The notes: generated from the letters alone by a model not told the origin. A stretch of 64,000 bases of DNA from Methanomassiliicoccaceae archaeon (GCA_963728405.1 CAVSJV010000017.1:32001-96000); one strand, 5' to 3'. Shown: positions 21,633 to 32,486, counted from the stretch's first letter. Made by a program: numbers and translations.

Positions 21633-24008
21633 TGATGCACGAGGCCCGATTCTGGAAGGCGGAAGGAGAAAGGATCAGATGCCAACTATGCCCTCACTCC
21701 TGCAGCATCTCCCCATTGCGGAGAGGGATCTGCGGGGTCCGGGAGAACCGCGACGGCAAGTTGTTCAGCATGAACTACGGCAAAGTCTCGTCAGCGAACG
21801 TCGATCCCATAGAGAAGAAGCCCCTCTTCCATTTCTATCCCGGAGAGGAGGTCTTCTCCCTAGGCAGCATCGGTTGCAACTTCCGGTGTCGGCATTGCTT
21901 CGTCCCAGGGACCTTTGTGGTAACCAGAAGAGGTGCCCACAGCATTGAGAAGATATCAGACATCGGCAAGGACGAACTGTTAACTCATTCCGGACGTTTT
22001 ATGAAGGTCAAAGATGTCTTTGATCATCATTATTCTGGTCAAGTCTGCAGGGTGAAGGCAAGATATCTCCCTGAGATCGTTTGTACCCCAGAACATCATT
22101 TCCTTGCTTCAGTTCATCCTACTTCCGATGGTATCCAAAAGATCGAGGCTCAAAACCTAAAAAAAGGACAATATGTCGTGATCCCCAAGAGGAAAGCATC
22201 CAACGATATCGAGATGCTTGATGTTAAGTCCATTTTATCTAACTGTTAATTATTCTTCATTTAAGGTCCACAGAAGAATTGACCCCGATTTTATTCGCCG
22301 AATCATCGAAATGAAAGCCAATGGATTTACTTCTAAGCAGATCGGCTCTGAGGTTTCTTGGAACCCCTCTAACATCAGATCACTATTTTCGACTATCAAC
22401 CGCCAAGGTGTTGATTCTCTTTTTGGGGATTTTGAAAGTAAATTGGACGAAGAAAATGGTTTTGTTAGATTGTCGAATGGGCGCTATTCTATCCCTTCAA
22501 AGATTGAGATGAGCCCTAAACTAGCCCGTCTTCTCGGCCTGTATTGTGCAGAGGGCTGTGTAAGTAAGGAGTCTGAAAGGGCGAATTCGCATAGGGCTGT
22601 TTTTTCTTTTGGTCATTCCGAAGGCGATTTTGCTGAAGAGGTAAAGGACATCTGTCAAGCTGTGTTCGGCGCCGATGCCAGGATCTCAAAAGAAAAGACA
22701 ACTCTCCAGGTCCATGTAAACAAGTCCCTTATTGCGCTATTATTCAAGGAATTATGCGGTGCAGACAGTAAAGCCAAGAAGGTGCCTGATGTTTTATTCA
22801 ACAGTTCCACAGAGATAGTAGGTTCTTTCCTTCGGGGTTATTTCGACGGGGACGGATGTTATAAAAAGGACTACTCGGACGCCATCACGGTATCAAAGCC
22901 CTTAGCCATGGGCGTCTACGAATTGCTCTTGAATCAGGGCGTGGTCCCTGCATTCTATCAATATGATCCTTCAGAGAAGCGTCTGCTATGTGGCAGGGAG
23001 GTTAATCAAAGCACTGAATATATTATCAGAGTACCATCGGCGTTCGACTTTGTCCACGGAAAGTGGACCAAGAAGTACAAATCCTTCTATGTTGAGGATG
23101 CTAACTATTTCTTTGTTCCAATTAGGTCGGTTTCTAAAGATTCTTACGAAGGGGAGGTTTTTAATTTTGAAGTAGAGGATGATCACACCTACACAGCCAA
23201 CTTTGCAGCTGTGTGTAATTGCCAGAACTACACAATATCCCAGGCCTCCCTGAGTGAGTTGGTGCTGAGGGAGATTAGGCCGGAGGAAGTGTCGGAAACG
23301 GCCCTGGCCCATGGGTGCCGGGGCGTGGCCTTCACCTACAACGAGCCGACCATCTGGCACGAGTTCACCTACGACGCCATGAAGACGGCCAAGGAGAGGG
23401 GGATGTTCACCGTCTACGTCACCAACGGCTTCATCCAGGAGGATCCCCTCCGTGAGCTGTCCAGCCGCCTTGACGCCATGAACATCGATGTCAAGGGGTT
23501 CACCGAGAAATTCTATGGAAAGGTGTGCAAGGCGCCGCTACAGCCAGTGCTCGACGCCACCACCCTGGCCCATGAGCTGGGGATCCATATCGAACTCACC
23601 TATCTCATCATACCTGGCGAGAACGACGCCCGGGACGAGATCCGCCAGTTCTCGGAGTGGGTGGTGGACCTCGACCCCCGCATCCCCGTGCACTTCACCC
23701 GTTTCCACCCGGACTATGAGATGACCGACAAGATTCCCACGCCGATCCCGACGATGGAGATGGCCAAGGAGATCGGAAAGGAAGCGGGATTGCAGTTCGT
23801 CTATCTCGGCAACGTCATGCTCCCTCACGGCGAGGACACCATATGCCCGAAGTGCCATGCCCTGGTCGCGGAGAGGAGGGGCTTCGGCATCCTCAAATTG
23901 GAAGCAAAGGAGGGGCATTGCGCCATCTGCGGCCAGGACCTGTACATGGTCCAGAGAAGGGGAGAGGTGGCCCAGTCGGAGCATAGAAGGGAACAGCTCA
24001 AGAGGTGA
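21632..24008 (+). CDS. amrS: AmmeMemoRadiSam-system radical SAM enzyme, intein-containing; one-base frame break near 22245
   Basis: CQLCPHSC...CGVREN, DPIEKKPLFHFYPG, GCNFRCRH|intein|CQNYTISQ, FTYNEP, VTNG, FHP, YLGN. Confidence 0.88.
21896..23219 (+). mobile_element. Intein with LAGLIDADG homing endonuclease
   Basis: Block A CFVPGTFV, block B CTPEH, LAGLIDADG motifs LLGLYCAEG and FLRGYFDGDG, block F VFNFEVEDDHTY, terminus VCN then +1 Cys. Visibly AT-richer than the flanks. Confidence 0.92.
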
Positions 24009-24011
24009 GCG

Positions 24012-24654
24012 GTGGAGGTCCACGAGCTGCATCGCCGCCTCGCCGAGCACTATGACCTCCCCAACTGGTGGCCAGCCGAGACCCCCTGGGAGGTGATGGT
24101 CGGGGCGATCCTTACGCAGCAGACCGCCTGGGAGAAATGTGGAGAGGGTGCTGGGCGAGCTGAAGCGTCGAGATCTCCTGAGCGTGAACGCCATCGTCGG
24201 CCTTCCCCTCGAAGAGCTGGAAGCGATCGTCCGCCCCGCCGGTTTCTTCCGGCAGAAGGCCAGGAACATAAAGGCCCTGGCCGCCTATCTTCAGATGCAT
24301 TACTCTTCAGACCCTCGATGCATCCTGTCCAAGGAACTGAACGAGGCGAGGAGAGAGCTCCTTTCCCTGCCCGGCATCGGTAACGAGACCGCCGATGCTG
24401 TCCTGCTGTTCGCCGGTAGCCGGCCCAAGTTCATAGCTGCAGTGTACGTGTCGAGATTGTTAAAGCGCCTGGGCATCTTCGATTCTGAGGATTACGCCGA
24501 GGTCCAGCGATTCATGGAGGAGCAGGTGCTTCCAGACCCCCGCCAGTACGCCCACCTGTACGCACTCATGGTCCATCACTCCCGGACCGCCTGCCGCTCC
24601 CGTCCGAAGTGCGAGGTCTGCTTCCTCCGGGGCGAGTGTGAGTTCAGCGAATGA
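24012..24654 (+). CDS. Endonuclease III-related HhH-GPD DNA glycosylase; frameshift near 24137
   Basis: WWP, GAILTQQT, LPGIGNETAD, CRSRPKCEVCFLRGEC. Confidence 0.85.
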
Positions 24655-25546
24655 ACAGGAAGAGCAGGTTACCGACAATGACCGAGAACAACAGCGAGGC
24701 CGCGATGGGTATCAGGAACGGTATCTTGGGAGTGACCCAAACCTCCTGCAGACCGGCGGCGGCGAGCTGGTCGAACTCGGCGGCGGTGAACTCGGAGCCC
24801 TTGGGGAAGACGCTGAACTTCAGCTCCCCGTTCTCGATGCGCTCCATGGGCCACACGAACTTGTTCTTGGCCTCGGCCACCGGCAGCTTGTATCCGAAGA
24901 GCATGGCCGGGAAGCGGACCTGGCCCCGGGTTAGGTTATAGACAAGCAGGAACACCGGCACGACGATGGTAATGACCGCCGCATTGAAGAGTATCAACAG
25001 CGGGAACGGCAACACGAACTGGGCAGCGTCGTAGGGCAGGTGGATGATCGGCAGCGTATCAATGAGGGGATACAGCGGGAACATGATGGCCAGGGCGATG
25101 AGGGCCTTGGCGTCCGCTCCCCCCTTGATGATGTCGAACTGGTAGAGCAGGATGAAGATCAGGAACATGATCGGTACGATCATCAGTTTCCAGAAGTACA
25201 GGTCGCTGCTATACTGGAATATCATAAAGCCCAGTATGGCGAACCCCAGGACGTACATGGCGAGGGGGATCGGATTTATGCCATCCTCGAACATCCCCTT
25301 CCGCTCCCAGAATATGTCCAGGAAGAATAGCCCGATGGGCACCAGTATCAGGAGGTAGGCCAGGTTCACTCCGTCATTGAGGATCTGTGCGGCCAGGAAG
25401 ACCATGCCCGCTGCTCCTATCACGATCCAGTAAAGGTCCGAGGCTTCACGGGTCTTCCAATCGGCGCGGGCGGCCAGGAACAGTACGGCGAAAGCGATGG
25501 CCACCATGAGGACGGAGGTCCAGTCCATGGAGGAGGCCAACTCCAT
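24644..25546 (-). CDS. A24 family prepilin/preflagellin peptidase (FlaK/PibD-like)
   Basis: ADWKTRE, GGADAKAL and VWVTPKIPFLIPI; multiple TM helices. Confidence 0.85.
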   Translation of the reverse strand: MELASSMDWTSVLMVAIAFAVLFLAARADWKTREASDLYWIVIGAAGMVFLAAQILNDGVNLAYLLILVPIGLFFLDIFWERKGMFEDGINPIPLAMYVLGFAILGFMIFQYSSDLYFWKLMIVPIMFLIFILLYQFDIIKGGADAKALIALAIMFPLYPLIDTLPIIHLPYDAAQFVLPFPLLILFNAAVITIVVPVFLLVYNLTRGQVRFPAMLFGYKLPVAEAKNKFVWPMERIENGELKFSVFPKGSEFTAAEFDQLAAAGLQEVWVTPKIPFLIPIAASLLFSVIVGNLLFLFIR

Positions 25547-25615
25547 GAGACATAAAAATCCTTTCTACACCCATATCGGGGAAGATTTTTGTAGCAGCAT
25601 TGAATCCGCCCATCG

Positions 25616-27148
25616 ATGAGAAAGAGCCTCACCCTTTCATTCGTCACCCTCCTGTTGGCAATTGTACTTCTGGCCCCGATCGCATCCGGGGCAGATGTCA
25701 ATGTCCTGGAAGTGAAGGACGGTTACGATAAGACCGTTCATGCCCCCGAGACCGTCTCCTTCACTTGGGTCGTTTTTAACAACGATACCGCACCATACCT
25801 GGTCCAGGTGGATGCCCAGATAGGAAAGGACTCCGCCGGGATCATACCCGCGGACATCAATCTGGGAATTGAGCAGAACTACTCCGCGCTGGGTCCGGGA
25901 GAGAGCCGTCAGATCATCATCCAGGTAACTGCTAGTAAGGCCGCGCAATCCGATGACTTCCCCATCTATGCCAATATCTCCTTCTCCAAAATGAGTGACC
26001 CCTCGCAGGTCGAGGTCGTCTCCGAGTCGGCTACGGTGCATGCAAAGGCGATGTTCGAATCATCGGGGAACAAGATCTTCGGGACCTGGGAGAACACCTT
26101 ACCCTCGCCATTCAATACCCTGATCTGGTCCTTCATCTTCACTATCCTGCTCTGGGTGGGCGTCGCCGGGTTGATCTACTTCATCGTGGACCCATTGGTC
26201 CAACAGTTCACCAAGAAGACCAAGACCGACCTAGATGATCGGATCATGGCGGTGATCAGGATGCCCCTGTTCGCCCTCATCGTCATCTTCGGTATCGTGG
26301 ACTCTCTGGCCATCCTCGACATACCCCAAGAGTGGCACATCTCCATCATGCAGATGTATCAGATCCTAGTGGCCATTATTGCCGCCTGGGTCGCATTCCG
26401 CATATTCGACAAGGTGGTGATCTACTACGCCGAGAAATGGGCCAAGACCAGCGACACCGAGATAGATGACGTTCTCGTTCCCCTGCTTCACAAGCTCGGG
26501 ATCGTCATAATTCCGGTGGCTGGAATTATGGCCGTGCTTAGCGTAATAGGCGTGGACGTCACCCTGCTGGTGGCCGGCATGGGAGTGATCGGTTTGGTAG
26601 TAGCCTTTGCCGCCCAGGAAACACTAGGCAACCTCTTCGCTGGACTCCAGCTGCTGATGGATCGGCCGTTCAAGGTAGGCGACATAATCAAGCTGGATTC
26701 TGGACAGGTATGCAGGATCGAGAAGATCGGGCTGCGGTCGACACAGATGTACAACACCTTTGACCACGACATAATCATCATGCCCAACAACGATGTGGCC
26801 AACTCAAAGGTGGAGAACTATTCTCGTCCGGACAAGCGTCACGAACAGTACGCCGAGGTCGGGGTCGCCTACGGCACCGACCTGGAAAAGGTCAAGAATG
26901 TCCTGCTTGGCATCGCCAATGACCACCCTGACGTGATCAAACAGAAGGACCAGATGCCATACATCAGAATGGCCAAGTTCGGCGAGTCCTCGATCGACTT
27001 CAAGCTGTGGTACTGGGTCGATCTGCCCAATATGTGGCGCGTCGCGTCCGATGTGCGCATGGCCATCGACAAGCGGTTTAAGGAGGAGGGCATCGAGATA
27101 CCTTTCCCGCAGAGCGTGGTCACCTTCAAGAACGCCCCGCCCAAGTGA
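25616..27148 (+). CDS. mscS: MscS mechanosensitive channel with extracellular N-terminal domain
   Basis: AFAAQETLGNLFAG, RPFKVGD, IGLRST, PN, GIEIPFPQ; signal peptide. Confidence 0.88.
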   Translation: MRKSLTLSFVTLLLAIVLLAPIASGADVNVLEVKDGYDKTVHAPETVSFTWVVFNNDTAPYLVQVDAQIGKDSAGIIPADINLGIEQNYSALGPGESRQIIIQVTASKAAQSDDFPIYANISFSKMSDPSQVEVVSESATVHAKAMFESSGNKIFGTWENTLPSPFNTLIWSFIFTILLWVGVAGLIYFIVDPLVQQFTKKTKTDLDDRIMAVIRMPLFALIVIFGIVDSLAILDIPQEWHISIMQMYQILVAIIAAWVAFRIFDKVVIYYAEKWAKTSDTEIDDVLVPLLHKLGIVIIPVAGIMAVLSVIGVDVTLLVAGMGVIGLVVAFAAQETLGNLFAGLQLLMDRPFKVGDIIKLDSGQVCRIEKIGLRSTQMYNTFDHDIIIMPNNDVANSKVENYSRPDKRHEQYAEVGVAYGTDLEKVKNVLLGIANDHPDVIKQKDQMPYIRMAKFGESSIDFKLWYWVDLPNMWRVASDVRMAIDKRFKEEGIEIPFPQSVVTFKNAPPK

Positions 27149-27248
27149 GACGAAAAACCCTTTCCAACCCCTTCCTTTCTATTTTTAACAAGATATTTCT
27201 AAGCCCACGTCCATAAGAACGCTTCAGAAATAGCTCAGAGGCGAGATC

Positions 27249-27749
27249 ATGGACGTTACCACTGCCATCAGGACCCGGCGGAGCATCCGCAAGTACAAGA
27301 GGAAGGAGATACCGGAGAACGTGCTGAAGGAGCTTCTGGAGGTCGCGAGGACAGCCCCCTCGGCAGCGAACCGGCAAGCCTGGGAGCTCATCGTGGTCAA
27401 GGACCAAAAGCTCAAGGCCGAGTTGGTGCCGGCGTGCAAGAACCAGAAGTTCGTGGAGGATTGTTCCGTTTTCCTGGTCGCGTTGGAGGACCCCGAGCAG
27501 AAGTGGAGCCGGGTAGACGTGACGATAATGATGGACCACATCACCCTGGCCGCTCACGAAAAGGGGCTTGGCACCTGCTGGATCGGAGCCTTCGACAAGG
27601 ACAAGGTGGGAACGTTGCTCGGAGCGCCGGCTAACCGTACGGTCGCCGTCTGCCTCACCCTGGGATACCCCGACGAGAGCCCCGAAGCGAGACCGCGCAA
27701 GCCCCTGGAAGAGCTGGTCCACTATGACCACTATGGATCCCGACAATGA
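27249..27749 (+). CDS. Nitroreductase family protein
   Basis: RRSIRKY, APSAANRQ, GLGTCWIG, LGYP, RK. Confidence 0.9.
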   Translation: MDVTTAIRTRRSIRKYKRKEIPENVLKELLEVARTAPSAANRQAWELIVVKDQKLKAELVPACKNQKFVEDCSVFLVALEDPEQKWSRVDVTIMMDHITLAAHEKGLGTCWIGAFDKDKVGTLLGAPANRTVAVCLTLGYPDESPEARPRKPLEELVHYDHYGSRQ

Positions 27750-28066
27750 AGATGGCCCATGAAAAGGACATCGGCTGCGAGAAGCGGGCCGGACAGAAGG
27801 GTTTCGTCCATGTCTGCGACCTCCTCGACGAGGAGCACTTCCTCCTGGGAGTGAGATGGATCGATCCGGACTCGGTCGTACCGCAGAAGCCTCACCGCCA
27901 CCTATTAAAGCAGGCCAACTACGTCATCGAGGGCACCGGCACGGTCACCAATGGTGAGGAAACGATGGACTTCCAGCCAGGGGACATCCTGCTGATGGAG
28001 GGGGGCGAAGAACATTACTTCTCCACCGCTTCGGGCATCAAGATGATCGAGATCAGATACAAATGA
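27746..28066 (+). CDS. Cupin domain protein
   Basis: PHRH...YVIEG and PGD...GEEH; ATGA overlap with the upstream gene. Confidence 0.8.
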   Translation: MKMAHEKDIGCEKRAGQKGFVHVCDLLDEEHFLLGVRWIDPDSVVPQKPHRHLLKQANYVIEGTGTVTNGEETMDFQPGDILLMEGGEEHYFSTASGIKMIEIRYK

Positions 28067-28169
28067 CGAGCCTCGATCGTCACCTTTTTCTTATTTGATG
28101 GAGGGTTAATCTACATGGAGCTGGCATGCTTAGTCCATGACCAGCGGACTGGTGGTCAGGGGTCACAGA

Positions 28170-28648
28170 ATGGATATCTGGGCGTGGGTCGCTCTGAGAT
28201 TTGTGCTGGCTTGGATGTTGCTGTGGGCGTTCTTCGACAAGCTCTTCGGCCTGGGATATGCGACGCCCCCCGGCCATGCATGGATCAACGGGGTCTCGCC
28301 CACCACCGGGTATCTTAAATTCGGCTCCGGGGGGCTGTTCGGAGACCTGTTCCAAGGGCTGGCCAATAACGTCGCCGTGGACGTGGTGTTCATGGCCGCC
28401 CTGTTGCTGATCGGAGGCGCCCTACTCCTGGGAATCGGCCTGAAGATAACGGCCGTCGCGGGCTCGCTGTTCTTCGGGTTGCTGTGGTTGTCGAACTTTC
28501 CTCCGGCGAACAACCCCATCGTGGACGAGCACGTGGTCTACATCATCGTGGTCATCGGCATCGCTTTGGCCGGGGCAGGAAGATATCTCGGCCTAGGAAG
28601 AGATGGTCGGAGCTGGAGATGGTCAGGAGGCATCGCTTCCTGGAGTGA
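28170..28648 (+). CDS. DoxX/DoxD family membrane protein; frameshift near 28600
   Basis: LRFVLAWMLLWAFFDK, SPTTGYL, NNPIVDEH, GRYLGLG. Confidence 0.8.
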
Positions 28649-28701
28649 TGGGGGGGAGACCTTCGGCGAGGTTTATTATCGAGCGTCCGGATTTCATACT
28701 C

Positions 28702-29436
28702 ATGATGATCGGGGCGATGGGAGACGCCCACGGCGGGAAGTACTTCCAGGAGACCATGGTGGAACAGCTCAAGGGCGTGGACCTGCTGTTGCTGGCGGGG
28801 GACATCGCCGATAGCAACGACCTGGAGAGCTTCGATCGGGTCTGGCGACAGCTCAGGAGCTCGTTTCACGGCACGATCGTCGCCGTGTTCGGCAATGACG
28901 AGTACGAACAGGACCGGGCGGAGTACCGCGCCAGGTTCGACGCGGTATTCCTGGACGACGAGGTCACCGACCTGACGGTCGATGGGGTCAAGGTGCGGAT
29001 CGTCGGGACCACCGGACCCCTGGACCGGCCGACCTGGTGGCAGCGCACCCACATTCCCAACATATGGAGCAAGTACGGTGACCGGGTCACCCGTCTTGAC
29101 GCCCTTTTGGACCGTGGGGGCGCGGACCTGCTGGTCCTCCTGAGCCACTACGCTCCGACCTATCTGACCCTGGAAGGGGAGAGGCCCAAGGCCTTTCCAG
29201 AGATGGGGTCGAAGGCCATGGAGAAGGTGCTCCTGGACCGGGGACCGGACCTGGTGGTCCACGCCCATGCCCACAATGGCTCAAGGCACGCCCTACTAAA
29301 GGAGAAGCAGACCAAGCTGGACGGACCGACGGGCAGGGCGGTGCCCATATGGAACGCCTCGCTGCCGTTGGGCAAGGAGATCTCGAGGTTGGAGTTGACC
29401 AAGGACGGTGGATGGAACGTTCGGCTGCAGAGTTGA
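28702..29436 (+). CDS. Metallophosphoesterase
   Basis: GDAH, AGD, GNDE, SHYAP, HAHAH. Confidence 0.85.
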   Translation: MMIGAMGDAHGGKYFQETMVEQLKGVDLLLLAGDIADSNDLESFDRVWRQLRSSFHGTIVAVFGNDEYEQDRAEYRARFDAVFLDDEVTDLTVDGVKVRIVGTTGPLDRPTWWQRTHIPNIWSKYGDRVTRLDALLDRGGADLLVLLSHYAPTYLTLEGERPKAFPEMGSKAMEKVLLDRGPDLVVHAHAHNGSRHALLKEKQTKLDGPTGRAVPIWNASLPLGKEISRLELTKDGGWNVRLQS

Positions 29437-30373
29437 ACCGGACATCGCGCGGTCGATCTACGACGCCACGACCCAGATACCTCCAGGGATGGTCTCCACA
29501 TACGGTGATATCGCGGCGGCTCTGGGCGATCCGGTGGCGGCCAGGGCGGTCGGGGAGATCCTCTCGCGCAACCCCACTCCCATAGTGGTCCCTTGCCACC
29601 GCGTCGTGTACTCGACTGGCCGGACTGGCTGGTACGGAGGCCATGGGCAGGGAGCGGACAGGAAGGTCGAGCTGCTGCGGGCCGAGGGAGTGAGGATCGA
29701 AGATGGAGCGGTGGTCGACCTGGACCGGGTCCGATTCACTGGTTTCCAGATCGAGCCGGTGCTGCGGGACATTAAGGAGGAGCAGGACCGCGTCCGCGAG
29801 CAGGTCATCGAGGAGGACCGGTTCGGAACGCTGCAGCGAATAGCCGGACTGGACATATCCTATGCTGGCGAGAGGGCCTTCGCGGCCATGGCAGTGTATG
29901 ACTGGGCTACGGGAGAAATGATAGAAGAACGGACCGCCGAGAAGGTGGTTCGATTTCCCTACATACCCACCTATCTCTCGTACCGGGAGATCCCGGCCCT
30001 GCGACCACTGATCGACCGCTCGGACGATCTCATCTACCTGATCGACGGGCAGGGCGTGCTGCATCCGCGGGGAGCGGGGATAGCCTCGCACATCGGCGTA
30101 TGCTTCGACGTCCCCACCATAGGGGCGGCCAAGAGCTGGTTGGTGGGGCAGGTCCAGGACGACATGGCCGAGCGCTCTCCCATACTAGTGGACGGTCGGG
30201 TGCGGGGCTACCGGCTGGGGGGCGGGAAGAAAGGGACCTATGTGTCCGTAGGCCACCGGGTCTCCTTGGACACCGCCGTCACCATCAGCGAGCGGTTCCT
30301 CCATAAGGGCATTCCCCTGCCGCTGCGGCGGGCCCACGACCTCGCCACTGAGCTCCGGAGGTCCTCGGAATGA
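29408..30373 (+). CDS. O6-alkylguanine-DNA alkyltransferase / endonuclease V fusion
   Basis: TYGDIA, ARAVG, PCHRV; then GLDISY, FPYIPTYLSYRE, DGQGVLHPR, IGAAK, YVSVGH. Confidence 0.88.
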   Translation: MDGTFGCRVEPDIARSIYDATTQIPPGMVSTYGDIAAALGDPVAARAVGEILSRNPTPIVVPCHRVVYSTGRTGWYGGHGQGADRKVELLRAEGVRIEDGAVVDLDRVRFTGFQIEPVLRDIKEEQDRVREQVIEEDRFGTLQRIAGLDISYAGERAFAAMAVYDWATGEMIEERTAEKVVRFPYIPTYLSYREIPALRPLIDRSDDLIYLIDGQGVLHPRGAGIASHIGVCFDVPTIGAAKSWLVGQVQDDMAERSPILVDGRVRGYRLGGGKKGTYVSVGHRVSLDTAVTISERFLHKGIPLPLRRAHDLATELRRSSE

Positions 30374-31258
30374 AGATAACGGTGTTCGGGGTCGGAGCGG
30401 TCGGCAGCGTCGTCGGGGGACTGCTGTCAAGGGGGCACCGGGTGACTTTGATTGCGAGGAGGGAGCATGTCAATGCCGTCAACGCTGGCGGCCTACGCCT
30501 GACCGGGGTCGTGGACGAGACCTTCCGTCCAGATGCCAGGACCTCAGTGGATGGCCTGGGCGAGCAGGACCTGGTCCTCATCACCACCAAGGCATACGAT
30601 ACTGCCAAAGCTGTCGAGCAGATCACGCCACTGGTGGGCGCGGGCACGCTCGTCGTCTCCCTGCAGAACGGCCTCGATAACCTCGAGGTCCTGAGCGACT
30701 CTTTCGGCCACCAGGCGATCGTAGGGGTCCCCTTCCTGGGGGCGACCTACCTAGGGCCGGGCCAGGTCCGGCTGGCCGGATTCGGGGAGATCGTCCTGGG
30801 CTCGCCGTCCGACCGGAAGGAGAGCGTCGCGCTCGTCCGCGAGGCCCTGGACAGCGCGGGTATGAACGCTCGCATTTCGGATGTTATAATCTCGGTGGTG
30901 TGGCTGAAGGCCATCGTCAACGCGTCGATCAATCCGATCACCGCCCTTGTCCGGAAGGAGAACGGCTTCATCCTCGGTTCCGAGGAGCTGCTCGAGCTGA
31001 GCCGGTCGGCCTGCCTGGAGGGGGCGAGAGCAGCGGAGGCCAACGGCATCACGCTCGGTTGCGACGACCCGTTCGTAAAGGTGCTGGAGGTGCTTAGGGC
31101 CACTGCCTCGAACCGCTCCAGCATGCTCCAGGACTGTGCTCCGCTCGAAGCGCACCGAGATCGACCAGATCAACGGCGCGTTGGCCGACCGGGGTGAGGC
31201 CATGGGAGCACCTATGCCGGTCAATAGGACATTGTGGGCCCTGGTCCGGTCCTTGTGA
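30370..31258 (+). CDS. panE: 2-dehydropantoate 2-reductase; frameshift near 31140
   Basis: GVGAVG, TKAY, LQNG, WLKAIVN, NP, SSMLQD; TEIDQING in another frame. Confidence 0.88.
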
Positions 31259-31364
31259 TACACTTGCCGATGAAGACGAGGCGGCCTCATGTTGGGACCG
31301 ACTTCCGCGTTGCACCCCGATGCCAACCCATTTATAGCCCGGTCAGTATTTTTCAACGGAGAGC

Positions 31365-32006
31365 ATGGTGGACGTAAAAGAGCTGGTCAGACGGGCGCAG
31401 GCATTGAACGAGAAGGGTCTGAGCGAGCGAGAGGTCGCTGACGAGCTTCACCTCTCCATAGATACCGTCCGCTACCTCGTCGAGCAGGGCGAGGACGGCG
31501 GCCTGCCGCCTACCGATGTCAAGATCGGCTGGCGCAGCCTGGGCGTGAGCGGGACGAGGGTCGCGCTGATGAGCGAGATCCTGGCTGACATCATCGACGA
31601 AGAGCTGGGCAAGAGCGGGGCAGTGGCGGAGGCGGTCCTGGGCATCGCCCTCAACGGCGTGCCGTTCGCCACCTATATCTCCGAGAACCTTGGCCTGGAC
31701 CTGACGGTCTACAAGCCTCCCGCAGCGCGGGGGAGGGCCGGCGGGGCCATCTCTGCCAACTACGCATCGGTCAAAGGGAAGAAGATCGTCGTGATCGACG
31801 ATGTCGTGACCACCGGCGCTACGGCGGAAGAGGCGGTCAAGGACATCAGGGAGGCGGGCGGGGACCCCATCCTCATCGTGGTCATCGTCAACAAGAGCAG
31901 CTTGAACGAGATCGCCGGCGTTCCGCTCCGAGGGTTGATACGAGCGAGGTCCATGGGCGGCACCATCCTGGGCGGCGGACCCCTGCATTCGTTCCCGTAT
32001 CATTAA
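31365..32006 (+). CDS. Orotate phosphoribosyltransferase-like protein with N-terminal HTH (GfcR-like)
   Basis: GLSEREVADEL HTH, DVKIGWRSLG, VVIDDVVTTG PRT motif. Confidence 0.8.
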   Translation: MVDVKELVRRAQALNEKGLSEREVADELHLSIDTVRYLVEQGEDGGLPPTDVKIGWRSLGVSGTRVALMSEILADIIDEELGKSGAVAEAVLGIALNGVPFATYISENLGLDLTVYKPPAARGRAGGAISANYASVKGKKIVVIDDVVTTGATAEEAVKDIREAGGDPILIVVIVNKSSLNEIAGVPLRGLIRARSMGGTILGGGPLHSFPYH

Positions 32007-32036
32007 TATCGTTGCATTCGTTCCGATGCCATTGAC

Positions 32037-32486
32037 ATGCCCGATTACAAGGACGTCTGTTCAGGGTCGGGAATACTTAGCTCCGAGGACCGCGGCAAGA
32101 TCATATCCCGCATCCACTCCATGCTCTTCTGGGTCGGGGAGATCATCCCTCAGGAGATCAAGATAGAGGACCGCACCGTTCAGCTGCGCGACGTGGTGTT
32201 CAACTATTTGATAAAGGAGAACCCCACCAAAGAGGAAAGGAAGGACGCCGAAGTGCTGGCGGAGCTGTTGGATAAGCATGTCAAGGAGATCGAGGCGGAG
32301 ATACGCAGGGGCGATGCCAACCGAGCCGATGCCTGCGAACTGATGAATGAGGCCCGTTCCTATCTTCGTGCGGTGGATGAGCTACGGACATCGAAAGGAG
32401 ATGAGATGGAGATCAAGATGCATGGCCTGATCCAGAGGGTCGAGGACGCCCGCCGATGGCAACACTTCGTGGATATGGTCAAATGA
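32037..32486 (+). CDS. Conserved archaeal hypothetical protein (DUF5788-like)
   Basis: Intact helical ORF with WVGEIIP and VEDARRW. Confidence 0.6.
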   Translation: MPDYKDVCSGSGILSSEDRGKIISRIHSMLFWVGEIIPQEIKIEDRTVQLRDVVFNYLIKENPTKEERKDAEVLAELLDKHVKEIEAEIRRGDANRADACELMNEARSYLRAVDELRTSKGDEMEIKMHGLIQRVEDARRWQHFVDMVK

